Part shown: positions 39,043 through 48,103 of the stretch, in pieces | How positions within the stretch are numbered: position 1 is the first letter of the stretch | Layout of the letters: every line of letters begins with the position of its first letter | Source: Candidatus Ozemobacteraceae bacterium | Lineage (GTDB): Bacteria > Muiribacteriota > Ozemobacteria > Ozemobacterales > Ozemobacteraceae | Reading direction: 5' to 3' | NCBI GenBank assembly: GCA_965140445.1 | Contig: OZ223236.1 | Span: forward strand, 5,088,001 to 5,152,000 | DNA: 64,000 nucleotides | Position numbers and translations under genes: made by a program | Notes under the pieces: model-generated | Told to the model about the DNA's origin: nothing | Databases searched by the model: none | The model's input: only the letters and a program-made list of their open reading frames with translations

Positions 39043-39529
39043 GATTCTAATCAAAAAATATGAGAACAGACGACTTTATTGTGTTCCAGAAGCAAAATAC
39101 GTTTCTCTAAACGAGATCAAGGATTTTTTGCAACGCGGAGATACTGTAAAAGTCATTGAAAAAGCAAGCGGGAAAGACATAACCAAGTATGTTATGATGC
39201 AGGTTCTACTAGAAGACCGTTATGAATTGCTACCTACCTATTTCTACCAGATGGTTTTGCAGTCTCCCAAAGAGGCGCTTGAGCCCTTTTTTAAGCAATT
39301 CTTCCCCTGGATGCTCGACATGTATATGAAATCTAAAGATGGCTCTATGGCTCCAGGTCCTATGCCATTCCAAAACCCATGGTTTCAGAATCCTTTCATG
39401 AATGTCGGCAACCCTTTCATGCAAAATATGGCGAGCAATAGCAAAAACAAATCAACCAAAGAGTCTGACTCAATGAGTGAAATCCTGGACAGACTAAAAG
39501 ATCTCGAAAGCAAGATAAATAAAGAGTAG
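39035..39529 (+). CDS. phaR: PHA synthesis repressor PhaR (PHB_acc_N DNA-binding domain); GTG 39035 after GAGG is the likely start
   Basis: IKKYENRRLY...YVSL.EI...G.DIT..V..Q; overlaps the phaZ stop. Confidence 0.85.
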   Translation: MTEILIKKYENRRLYCVPEAKYVSLNEIKDFLQRGDTVKVIEKASGKDITKYVMMQVLLEDRYELLPTYFYQMVLQSPKEALEPFFKQFFPWMLDMYMKSKDGSMAPGPMPFQNPWFQNPFMNVGNPFMQNMASNSKNKSTKESDSMSEILDRLKDLESKINKE

Positions 39530-39536
39530 ACAGCAC

Positions 39537-39574
39537 AAAAAAGCGCCCAGACTTATGGCCTGGGCGCTTTTTTT
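39537..39574 (+). terminator. Intrinsic terminator after phaR
   Basis: AAAAAAGCGCCCAG...CTGGGCGC followed by T7. Confidence 0.85.
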
Positions 39575-39725
39575 ATTTTAGAAAATCATTTAACATAATT
39601 GTGCTTTAGCACAAGAAACTTAAAGAGAAAACAACTTTTCGCTTATACTTTTTTCATCCTTCGCTCATTTAAAACCAGCACAAACAAAGAGTTTTGCGCG
39701 TGTTGATTTTTTTTAAAAAAACCTC

Positions 39726-39771
39726 TTGACACATTGCAGCATTTAGCCGATAATAATATTGCGATGCAGCG
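39726..39771 (+). promoter_or_regulatory. Sigma70 promoter of the phasin operon with two PhaR-like operators
   Basis: TTGACA (39726) - 17 nt - GATAAT; CACATTGCAGCA (39730-39741) and TGCGATGCAGCG (39760-39771). Confidence 0.65.
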
Positions 39772-39809
39772 AGCATTGAAAAAACAAAATCAAATCAGGA
39801 GTTTTTAAA

Positions 39810-40124
39810 ATGAATAAATGGATGGAATTTTCAAACGAATACACTCAGCTCATGAAGGGCAACTTTGATGTAATGAACAAATTTTGGCGCGCTTCTATGG
39901 ATCAGAGTGAAGGTTTCGCAAGAAAAAACATGGAAATGTATTTCGATCACATGAATAGAAACGTTGAATTCATGCACGAAATGTGGAACACCACTATTAA
40001 TTCAAATGACGAACTCAAAACATATTTCCGCGAAAACATGGAAAAATTCAACACCAGATATCAGAAAGTTTACGACGAAACAGTAAAAGCTTTTCAACCA
40101 AAAGCCAAAACCACTGAAAAATAA
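39810..40124 (+). CDS. phaP: Probable phasin (granule-associated amphipathic helical protein)
   Basis: 104 aa, helical-looking, Met/Phe-rich; strong AGGAG RBS; directly behind PhaR-like sites. Assigned from context. Confidence 0.55.
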   Translation: MNKWMEFSNEYTQLMKGNFDVMNKFWRASMDQSEGFARKNMEMYFDHMNRNVEFMHEMWNTTINSNDELKTYFRENMEKFNTRYQKVYDETVKAFQPKAKTTEK

Positions 40125-40233
40125 TTTCAGCCCTAAACAGCTAGAAATAATTTTCTGAAAATAGTTAATACAAAACTCACTCAACAAAATTCAGAAAAGC
40201 CACACAAAGGCCTTTCCCACACAGGAGAATACA

Positions 40234-40977
40234 ATGAAAAGAATGAAAGATAAAGTTTGTCTCATCACTGGCGGAGCAGCAGGAATCGGTTTAAAAGCCG
40301 CTAAATTATTTGCCTCAGAAGGCGCAATCGTATACGCAATAGACGTTAGCGATAACGCACTTGCTAAGCTTGCAGAAGAAAAAGTTGAAGGCGAAGGCCA
40401 AATCATTGGCACCAAACTTGACGTTTCTGATTCAGCTGCAGTTAATGCAACTGTAGAAGAAATTTTTGCAAAACATGGCAAAATTGATGCTCTTGTTAAC
40501 AATGCCGGAATTACAGCAGATGCAACTCTTGCCAAGATGACTGAAGAACAATTTGATAGAGTAATCAAAGTTAACCTTAAAGGTGTTTTCCTTATGGCTT
40601 CTGCTGTTTCAAAGAAAATGGTAGAAAACAAAAGTGGTTCTATCGTTAACACTTCTTCAATCGTAGGTGTTCAGGGCAACTTTGGCCAAACCAACTACTC
40701 TGCTGCTAAAGCTGGCGTAATTGGAATGACTTACACATGGTCCAGAGAACTTGGACGCAAAGGCATTAGAGTTAACGCCGTAGCACCTGGTTACACAAAA
40801 ACCGATATGGTTGCTACCGTTCCTGAAAAAGTAATCAAAATGCTCGAAGATAAGACTCCTCTCCAGAGACTTGGTGAACCAGAAGAAATCGCACAGCTCT
40901 ATATGTTCCTTTGCAGCGATGAAAGCTCTTATATCACAGGTCAAGTTATTGGAATCGACGGCGGACTAAAACTCTAG
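40234..40977 (+). CDS. phaB: Acetoacetyl-CoA reductase / FabG-type SDR
   Basis: TGGAAGIG, NNAGI, GNFGQTNYSAAKAG; PHA operon context. Confidence 0.8.
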   Translation: MKRMKDKVCLITGGAAGIGLKAAKLFASEGAIVYAIDVSDNALAKLAEEKVEGEGQIIGTKLDVSDSAAVNATVEEIFAKHGKIDALVNNAGITADATLAKMTEEQFDRVIKVNLKGVFLMASAVSKKMVENKSGSIVNTSSIVGVQGNFGQTNYSAAKAGVIGMTYTWSRELGRKGIRVNAVAPGYTKTDMVATVPEKVIKMLEDKTPLQRLGEPEEIAQLYMFLCSDESSYITGQVIGIDGGLKL

Positions 40978-41003
40978 TCTCCAACAAGGAGGGTCAGAAA
41001 AAC

Positions 41004-42029
41004 ATGGTAGGTACAATGGACAAAATACTTGAGCACATGGATGCAATCACTGAACAGTTTCTTAAAGAAACAGCCGGAAACGTGGACGAATATCCACGAG
41101 GCGTAACCCCTCGTGAAGTTGTCTGGAACGCTGGCAACGTTTCGTTAATCAAATTTGAAAGCCCCGACACAGCAGAAGGCACACCTCTCCTGATTATACC
41201 TTCACTAATAAATCGCTGGTATATCCTGGATGTTACTGAAAAAACCAGCTATATTAAGAGGTTTTCGGAGAAGAGACCCACTTTCCTAATCGACTGGGGT
41301 TACCCAGGAGTAGAAAGCGGACATCTTCCCTTGAGTCACTTCTATCATCGCAGCATTAAAAGGGCCGTCAGGCAGATTCGCAAGATCACTGGCATAAGCA
41401 AAGTTGATTTAATGGGATATTGTATCGGTGGAACGATGGCATATGCATTCAGCTGCCTTGAACCAGATCTGGTGGACCACCTTATTCTTCTGACCGCTCC
41501 TCTTAACTTCGAAGAAACAGGAATACTTGGCAGATATGCTGACACATTCCCTGTAGATGCATTCGCAGATAGCATGGATAGCATGCCCGGTTGGCTTCTT
41601 GCATTTTCATTCAATTTTATCCAACCAATGGGCACATACCAGAAGACAAAAATGTTTAAAAGCAAGTGCGGAAGCGACAGCTTTAGAGAGCTTTTCAACG
41701 CCATGGAAAGATGGGTCGCCGATCCAGTAGATTTCCCAGCACAGGCTTATTATGAATTACTAACAGATCTATACCAGGACAACCTCCTGGCCGCAGGAAA
41801 ACTTGAAACTGCTGATGGAATTAAAGTGGACCCTGCAAAAAGAAAAGCAAAAGTACTAATTTTAAATGCAGGTAAAGATCACATTGCGCCACTGCATACA
41901 ACTGTATTACCCTCAGAGGATAGCAGTCCTTTCTCTGAAGTAACAATTCCATCTGGACACATTGGTATAACAACAGGAAGAAATGGACTCGAAGCCTGTC
42001 AAAATGTGATAGATTTTATAGCAAATTAA
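41004..42029 (+). CDS. phaC: PHA synthase catalytic subunit, class III/IV size (copy 1)
   Basis: TPREVV, PLLIIPSLINRWYILD, IDWG, GYCIGG, DHI and GHIG. Confidence 0.85.
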   Translation: MVGTMDKILEHMDAITEQFLKETAGNVDEYPRGVTPREVVWNAGNVSLIKFESPDTAEGTPLLIIPSLINRWYILDVTEKTSYIKRFSEKRPTFLIDWGYPGVESGHLPLSHFYHRSIKRAVRQIRKITGISKVDLMGYCIGGTMAYAFSCLEPDLVDHLILLTAPLNFEETGILGRYADTFPVDAFADSMDSMPGWLLAFSFNFIQPMGTYQKTKMFKSKCGSDSFRELFNAMERWVADPVDFPAQAYYELLTDLYQDNLLAAGKLETADGIKVDPAKRKAKVLILNAGKDHIAPLHTTVLPSEDSSPFSEVTIPSGHIGITTGRNGLEACQNVIDFIAN

Positions 42030-42043
42030 TAAGGAGCTTGAAT

Positions 42044-42427
42044 ATGTTTCCAACATTTGGTGAAGATATGATGAAAGAATGGGCACAGAATTGGGAAAAA
42101 TTGATGGGAACCCAGCTTGAAAAACTCGTACAGGACGAAAAGTTTATCAGCGAAATGGCAAAATCAATTGCAGGAACCATGACTGGAAAAGCTTTTTACA
42201 CAAAAGCAGTAGACCAACAGCTTGCAGCGATGAATCTACCTTCAAGAACAGAAGTTGTAAAAGTTTTGCAAAAAGTTACTGACGTTGAAGAAAGACTTAT
42301 CGATTTAACAGAAAAATTTGAAGATTTCACAGAAGAATTCAGAGAAGCAATTGCCAAGCACAAGCAAGCAGCAGCGGCTCCAGCTTCAACACCAGCTTCA
42401 AATAAAAAACAAAAAAATAGCAAATAA
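42044..42427 (+). CDS. Small PhaE / class IV PhaR-type synthase partner subunit
   Basis: MNLPSRTEV..V...V..VEERL coiled-coil motif and Ala/Pro/Lys tail; AAGGAG RBS before ATG 42044. Confidence 0.7.
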   Translation: MFPTFGEDMMKEWAQNWEKLMGTQLEKLVQDEKFISEMAKSIAGTMTGKAFYTKAVDQQLAAMNLPSRTEVVKVLQKVTDVEERLIDLTEKFEDFTEEFREAIAKHKQAAAAPASTPASNKKQKNSK

Positions 42428-42513
42428 GCTACCCTCTTCAAAAACACAAAATCCCGGTGCTTTGCACCGGGAAACTTTAATTAGATTAGAAATAAAACAA
42501 GGAAAATAGAGTT

Positions 42514-43572
42514 GTGAAAGAAAAATTTGAGATGCCAGAAGGATACCAGGCCATGGTACAAAAATCGGCAATGAAGTGCTATACAGAAGCCGATCGAAGC
42601 AGGCTAGGCATGGAACCAACCAACAAATCAGAAGTTTTTACCCAAAGTCCGTGGAGGATTCTTAGATGCGGAAATAATTCCAATTCCAAGAAAAACCCTG
42701 TATTAATGATTCCGTCTCTTATAAACAGGAATTACATTATGGATCTTCTCCCAGGGCATTCACTTATCGAAGCCATGGTAAATGAAGGCCTGGATGTTTT
42801 TCTCGTAGACTGGGGCACACCGCACAGTGGCATGGGAGAGATCGGGTTCGACCACTACGTTGGCACATGGATTAGACGTGCTATACGTCAAGTAAAAAAG
42901 ATAACAGGCAAAAAACAAGTTCAACTATCTGGACAATGTATTGGCGGGTTGATGGCGGCTTTATACGCTGCTCATCCAGAGCTCAAAAAAGATGTTGAAA
43001 AGCTTTTTCTACTAACAACGCCTCTTGACCTTGAAGATTCTGGCTTGCTAGCCATGTGGACTTCTCAAAAAACTTTTGACATTGAGAAAATGACATCTCC
43101 TTTCCAGGGAACAGTTCCCGCAGATTTTTTTCACGCCTCATTTCCGTTATTAGACGCAAAAAAACAACTTGGAAAATACAGAAACCTTCTGGAAAATTTC
43201 AAGATCCCAGGATTCATTGAAATCTGGGAGTCTCTAGACATATGGGCTTCAGACAATGTTTGTTTTGCAAAAAAAGCATTTCTTGAGTTAATAAAGGAAT
43301 TTTATCAGGAAAACAGCTTTTTCAAAGGGAAATTCACGATTCGTGGAACTCCAGTGAAAATTGAAGATATTGATATGCCTGTCTTAAGTATTGCAGCGAA
43401 GCAAGACCATGTTTTTACAGAAAAAGCTGCCGCAGCAATACACAATTCCAAGTCCGCAAAAGAAAACAAACTTGAATACCACGTTCTTGACGCTGGTCAT
43501 GTTTCAGTAATTGCGGCCCATCCAATTAGACAGGAAAGTTACACTCTAATTAATAAATTTTTAACAAAATAA
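42514..43572 (+). CDS. phaC: PHA synthase catalytic subunit, class III/IV size (copy 2)
   Basis: PVLMIPSLINRNYIMDL, VDWG, GQCIGG, DHV and AGHVS. Confidence 0.85.
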   Translation: MKEKFEMPEGYQAMVQKSAMKCYTEADRSRLGMEPTNKSEVFTQSPWRILRCGNNSNSKKNPVLMIPSLINRNYIMDLLPGHSLIEAMVNEGLDVFLVDWGTPHSGMGEIGFDHYVGTWIRRAIRQVKKITGKKQVQLSGQCIGGLMAALYAAHPELKKDVEKLFLLTTPLDLEDSGLLAMWTSQKTFDIEKMTSPFQGTVPADFFHASFPLLDAKKQLGKYRNLLENFKIPGFIEIWESLDIWASDNVCFAKKAFLELIKEFYQENSFFKGKFTIRGTPVKIEDIDMPVLSIAAKQDHVFTEKAAAAIHNSKSAKENKLEYHVLDAGHVSVIAAHPIRQESYTLINKFLTK

Positions 43573-43590
43573 TAACAGGAGAAACACATA

Positions 43591-44769
43591 ATGAGTAATG
43601 TATATATAGTTGGCGCAGCAAGAACAGCTATCGGCGGATTAAATGGATCTTTAAAAACTATTCCAGCTCACAAACTTGGAAGCATAGCAATTAAAGAGGC
43701 TCTTGTGAGAGCAAATGTTAAGCCTGAAATGGTTGACGAAGTAATGCTTGGAAATGTTTTAATGGCTGGACAAGGCCAGGGACCAGGAAGACAAGCAGCA
43801 ATAGGCGCTGGAATTCCAGAAGATAAACCAGCCTGGGCAATCAATCAGCTTTGCGGTTCAGGTCTTAAAACTGTTGGACTTGCAGTAGACGCTATAAAAG
43901 CTGGCTCGGCAGACTGTATAGTTGCTGGCGGAATGGAAAACATGAGCCAGTCACCTCATCTAATGCATATTAGAGACGGGCAAGTTCTTGGTCACGCGAA
44001 ATTTGTTGATTCAATGCTTGTTGACGGCCTTACAGATGTTTTTTCTGGTGAGCATATGGGCATGACCGCTGAATGGCTCGCAGACGAATACAAAATTACA
44101 AGAGAAGAGCAGGACGCTTTCGCCGGCGAAAGCCAGAAAAGAGCAGCAGAAGCCTGGGAAAAAGGCGCTTTTGATGAAGAAATCGTTCCAGTTGAAATTC
44201 CACAGAGAAAAGGTGATCCAAAAATCTTCAAAAAAGATGAACATTTCAGACCTGGAACAGATGCTGCCGCCCTCTCAAAACTTAGACCTGCATTTAAAAA
44301 AGATGGAAGTGTTACAGCTGGAAACGCGTCAGGAATCAACGATGGCGCAGCAGCACTTGTAATTGCTTCAGAAGAATTTGTTACAAAGCATAATCTTAAG
44401 CCTCTAGCAAAAATCGTTTCACATGCTACAACAGCATTAAACCCAAGCAGAATGGGCGTAGGCCCAGTATCAGCGAGCAGGAAAGCTCTTGATAAAGCTG
44501 GTTGGAAGGTAGAAGACCTTGACTTAGTTGAAGCGAATGAGGCATTTGCAGTCCAATCTCTTGCAGTAGTAAAAGATCTTGGACTTGATATGAGTAAAAC
44601 CAACGTTAACGGCGGTGCAATAGCCCTTGGCCATCCAATTGGTGCATCCGGTGCCCGCATCCTGACAACGTTGCTTTACACGATGATGCGTTCTGACGCA
44701 AAAAAGGGTCTGGCCACCCTTTGCGTTGGTGGTGGAATGGGCGTTGCCCTGACTATCGAGCGCATCTGA
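43591..44769 (+). CDS. phaA: Acetyl-CoA C-acetyltransferase (biosynthetic thiolase)
   Basis: NQLCGSG, NEAFA, GHPIGASG and LCVGGGMG. Confidence 0.92.
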   Translation: MSNVYIVGAARTAIGGLNGSLKTIPAHKLGSIAIKEALVRANVKPEMVDEVMLGNVLMAGQGQGPGRQAAIGAGIPEDKPAWAINQLCGSGLKTVGLAVDAIKAGSADCIVAGGMENMSQSPHLMHIRDGQVLGHAKFVDSMLVDGLTDVFSGEHMGMTAEWLADEYKITREEQDAFAGESQKRAAEAWEKGAFDEEIVPVEIPQRKGDPKIFKKDEHFRPGTDAAALSKLRPAFKKDGSVTAGNASGINDGAAALVIASEEFVTKHNLKPLAKIVSHATTALNPSRMGVGPVSASRKALDKAGWKVEDLDLVEANEAFAVQSLAVVKDLGLDMSKTNVNGGAIALGHPIGASGARILTTLLYTMMRSDAKKGLATLCVGGGMGVALTIERI

Positions 44770-44825
44770 GACTCTATTCCTTTCCTTGCACCATGAGGGC
44801 GAATCTCGTCTAATTGGTAAGCAAC

Positions 44826-44856
44826 GCTCCGACTGTTAAAGGTCGGAGCTTTTTTT
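44826..44856 (+). terminator. Intrinsic terminator of the PHA operon
   Basis: GCTCCGAC-8 nt-GTCGGAGC followed by T7. Confidence 0.85.
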
Positions 44857-44904
44857 ATCCCAACTATTTGCGATTAAGAATCGCCTAACTAATTAAACAA
44901 TTAG

Positions 44905-47346
44905 CTACGACTTTTTATCATCTTTTTTTTCTGCTATACGGCTCGAATTTAAAGAGCCAATAGTTTTTGCAGCTTCTTCGTCGATTGATCTGATATGCAA
45001 ATCTTGCTGAGGGAATGCAATCTCGATTTTTTCTTCCTTAAATCGCTTATCTATAGCTTTATTCAACTCATTCTTAACCTTTAAACGATTGTCCAGGTCT
45101 GCAACCCAGACCCTCAGTTCAAAATCAAGAGAACTAGCCCCAAAATCTGCAAAAAGAACCATTGGTTCAGGAGTTCTCATAACCATAGGATTTTCGCGAG
45201 CGATGTCCTGAAGAGTCTTAACTGTATTTTCAACATCAGAACCATAAGCTACGCCAACCTTCACAATCAAACGCGTCTGTCTATCTGTCATAGTCCAATT
45301 CACTACAGTAGAAGCAACAAGATCGCTGTTAGGAACAATCATCTCAGATCTGTCAAAGGTTTCAACAATAGTTGCTCTAAGCCCCAGACTCTTTATCTGG
45401 CCCCATTCACCATTCAATTGAACCACATCGCCGACTTTAATCGATCTTTCAAAAAGCAAAATCAGGCCACTGGCAAAATTGTTTACAATATTTTGCAAGC
45501 CAAATCCAATACCGATACCCAACGCACCAACAAGAACTGCAATATTTTGAAAATCAATCCCAAGAGTTGATGAAGATACAAACAACCCGGTTAAGACAAA
45601 GGCATAGTGGATAAGCCGATTAATAGAATATCCCACTCCGGTTTCCACCCTTTGTCTCGGATACACTTCTTCTTCCAGAATTCTTTGAGTAAGCCACGAA
45701 AAGAATAGAATCAACCAAAACAGGCCAATTGCAGTAGCGATAAGACCAACAGTAACCCTTTGCTCCTGAATCGTAAATCCAAGATTGATCAAACTCGACG
45801 CAGCATGAAAGGAAGAATCATAAATTTGCCAAATCGATAAAATCGTTGCAAAAGCAAAAAAACCAACCACGATGTCGATCAAATACCCCATACGAGTAAT
45901 GAGAAACTTCTCGTATTTATTTATAATTCGAAATCGATGAACAAATTTGTTTTCAAATGCTGCTTCAATCCCCCCTTTGAAAAGAAGGTTGAACATCCAG
46001 GCAAATAAAACAGCGAAAACAGACTTTACCGAAGCATCCATAAGATGATTAGCAAAACTAGCATAACCAGAGGCCTGGGTTAAAAAAATAATTAAAAATA
46101 GGCCAGACAAAAATCTTGAAACTAATAAATAAAATCCAGATGCCTTCAACTCTTTTTTTATGAGACGAGTGCGCCAAAAGCACGTTAGCATGCCAATCAA
46201 ACTCACAATAGTGACGTAAATTCTAAAGATCGGCGTTGGGATTGAGGTAATTGCTGAAAACTGGGAAAAAATATACAACCCAGCCAAAACATACAAAACT
46301 CTACGTCTCCATAAATCTTCTACAAGGCCACTTGCCAGGTTTGTTGTACTAATGGCTGCTAACGCAATCATTACGATTTGAAAAGATTTTTCCGGGGTTT
46401 CATAGAAAGGATTTAAAAACACAATTCCCATAAGTAAAGCTGCTGAAAAAGGTCTGCTGGTTACAAAGCGCCATTTTAACTCTCGCTCTTCAACAAAACT
46501 TAGATTCTTCATCCCGAGGTAAATTGAAAAAATTAGAAAAATTTGAACGAAAATCAGCCAGCCCTGATTTGAGAAAAAATCGCTTTCAGGATGAATCAGA
46601 ACCGCAAGCGCAGAACTTAACTCTGACATCAAAGAGCTATCAAACTGTGATACAAAATCCTTAGTAAAAAGCGCAGGTCGTGAACGCCTGAACATATCTT
46701 TTTTCATTTCACGAAGTAAAGCATCGATTTCCTGCAAAAGATTAGCTGAAAAGCTAATTCGCTCTGAAATCTTCTTCTGGGTTTCCACTATCGGAGCATC
46801 GATTCCAGAAAAAAGCTTCAGGGCATCCTTTATCAGCCCTCTGGACTCAGAAAAAACTTTCTTAGCACTTTCAGAATCAATTTCAATAGAAGATTGCCAG
46901 TTTTTCCAAACATCTTCTCTGGTTGTCCAAGCACTTTTTAAGCGTTCAATTTCCTCCAATCTAGCGGAAGAACTCAAAAGGAGTTTTTGTAATTCGCCAT
47001 TCAAATCTCTAACCGAGGCTCTTATTGCCGCGACCTGCTCAAATCCGTAACTATTTGTTTGCTTAATTTGCTGGAAGCGTTCTTTTAGCAGATCAAGTTG
47101 TTTAACAATCCCATCTAAAGACGTTTTAAGAGGTTCTATCTGTCTTGTTTCCAGCAATTTTTCCTGAAGCTTCTGACCAGCCTCTTTTAACTCATTTGAT
47201 TTTGGAACCAGATCTGAAATTCCAGGTAATCTAATTTCAGCACTTGCAACTACACTACTGGTAGGAAGATTTGCTACATTTGGCTCAGCAAAAAGTGGAA
47301 GAATAGTCAAAATTAGAAATAAATATAAAATCAGAAAGCGTTTCAT
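44905..47346 (-). CDS. Large MscS-family mechanosensitive channel (MscK-like); start probably ATG 47346
   Basis: Signal peptide, periplasmic coiled coil, many TMs, GIGFGLQNIVNNFASG, VPNS and IAFPQ. Confidence 0.92.
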   Translation of the reverse strand: MKRFLILYLFLILTILPLFAEPNVANLPTSSVVASAEIRLPGISDLVPKSNELKEAGQKLQEKLLETRQIEPLKTSLDGIVKQLDLLKERFQQIKQTNSYGFEQVAAIRASVRDLNGELQKLLLSSSARLEEIERLKSAWTTREDVWKNWQSSIEIDSESAKKVFSESRGLIKDALKLFSGIDAPIVETQKKISERISFSANLLQEIDALLREMKKDMFRRSRPALFTKDFVSQFDSSLMSELSSALAVLIHPESDFFSNQGWLIFVQIFLIFSIYLGMKNLSFVEERELKWRFVTSRPFSAALLMGIVFLNPFYETPEKSFQIVMIALAAISTTNLASGLVEDLWRRRVLYVLAGLYIFSQFSAITSIPTPIFRIYVTIVSLIGMLTCFWRTRLIKKELKASGFYLLVSRFLSGLFLIIFLTQASGYASFANHLMDASVKSVFAVLFAWMFNLLFKGGIEAAFENKFVHRFRIINKYEKFLITRMGYLIDIVVGFFAFATILSIWQIYDSSFHAASSLINLGFTIQEQRVTVGLIATAIGLFWLILFFSWLTQRILEEEVYPRQRVETGVGYSINRLIHYAFVLTGLFVSSSTLGIDFQNIAVLVGALGIGIGFGLQNIVNNFASGLILLFERSIKVGDVVQLNGEWGQIKSLGLRATIVETFDRSEMIVPNSDLVASTVVNWTMTDRQTRLIVKVGVAYGSDVENTVKTLQDIARENPMVMRTPEPMVLFADFGASSLDFELRVWVADLDNRLKVKNELNKAIDKRFKEEKIEIAFPQQDLHIRSIDEEAAKTIGSLNSSRIAEKKDDKKS

Positions 47347-47554
47347 CCATTTGCTCCAAATGGCCATTTTACAAAACCTCATATCAAATTTAGAATAAGT
47401 CCGAGACCGACTGTAAATATTGAACAATAAAATATACTAGCACAATCATCAGACTCAAACTAAGCAAGAAAGGACTATTTCAAGAAAATTAGCGGTAATT
47501 TGTTTAAGAGTATATAATTGAAAACTAAAATGAAATTCAGGGGGACATAGAAAA

Positions 47555-48103
47555 GTGAAACCTGCTTCATGGATGAAAATTCATGCTTACATCTCAATGT
47601 TTTTTCTCCCACTTGCACTTATTTATTCAATTACAGGGGCAATGATATTACTCGGTAACAGGGGCGAAAGAGTTACTCAAAAAATTGAAATTAATTCTCC
47701 TACAAAATGGAAATCCGACATAGATTTCCAGAAAAAATTCGTCGAAGACTACTTGAAAAGTCAAAACCTTACGCTTCCAGCTGGCGAACCAAGGATTTTC
47801 AGAGGAAAGTTTTTCTGGGGATTCCCAACAAGTAATATGATCGCTATTGAAGAACAAAGCGAAAACCCAATTAAGATTGAGTTAATGAAACCGAACTGGG
47901 CATATAGATTAATTATGCTTCACAAAGGTAAAGGGGGCAGATGGTTTGATTATTTCGGAATTGCATTTGCCATTTCAATGATTCTAATTTATCTGTCAGG
48001 GATAGTTATATTCTGGAAAATTAAAGATAAGCGGAAAACAATGACAATCTGGTTAGTCCTGGGCTCAATAGCAACCGCAATATTAGTGAGCATAAGCTTA
48101 TAA
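47555..48103 (+). CDS. PepSY-associated TM-helix protein
   Basis: IHAYISMFFLP...SITG and MLHKG...YLSG. Confidence 0.75.
   Translation: MKPASWMKIHAYISMFFLPLALIYSITGAMILLGNRGERVTQKIEINSPTKWKSDIDFQKKFVEDYLKSQNLTLPAGEPRIFRGKFFWGFPTSNMIAIEEQSENPIKIELMKPNWAYRLIMLHKGKGGRWFDYFGIAFAISMILIYLSGIVIFWKIKDKRKTMTIWLVLGSIATAILVSISL

Noticed and set aside
39350..39430. NPF-like repeats in PhaR (PFQNPWFQNPFMNVGNPFMQN)
   Set aside because: Low-complexity Pro/Phe/Met linkers are usual in PhaR-type proteins; not a DNA repeat element
40191..40652. 153-aa minus-strand ORF
   Set aside because: Antisense to the SDR gene; long antisense frames are common in SDRs
43992..44660. 222-aa minus-strand ORF
   Set aside because: Antisense shadow entirely inside the thiolase gene, with no RBS or recognisable motif
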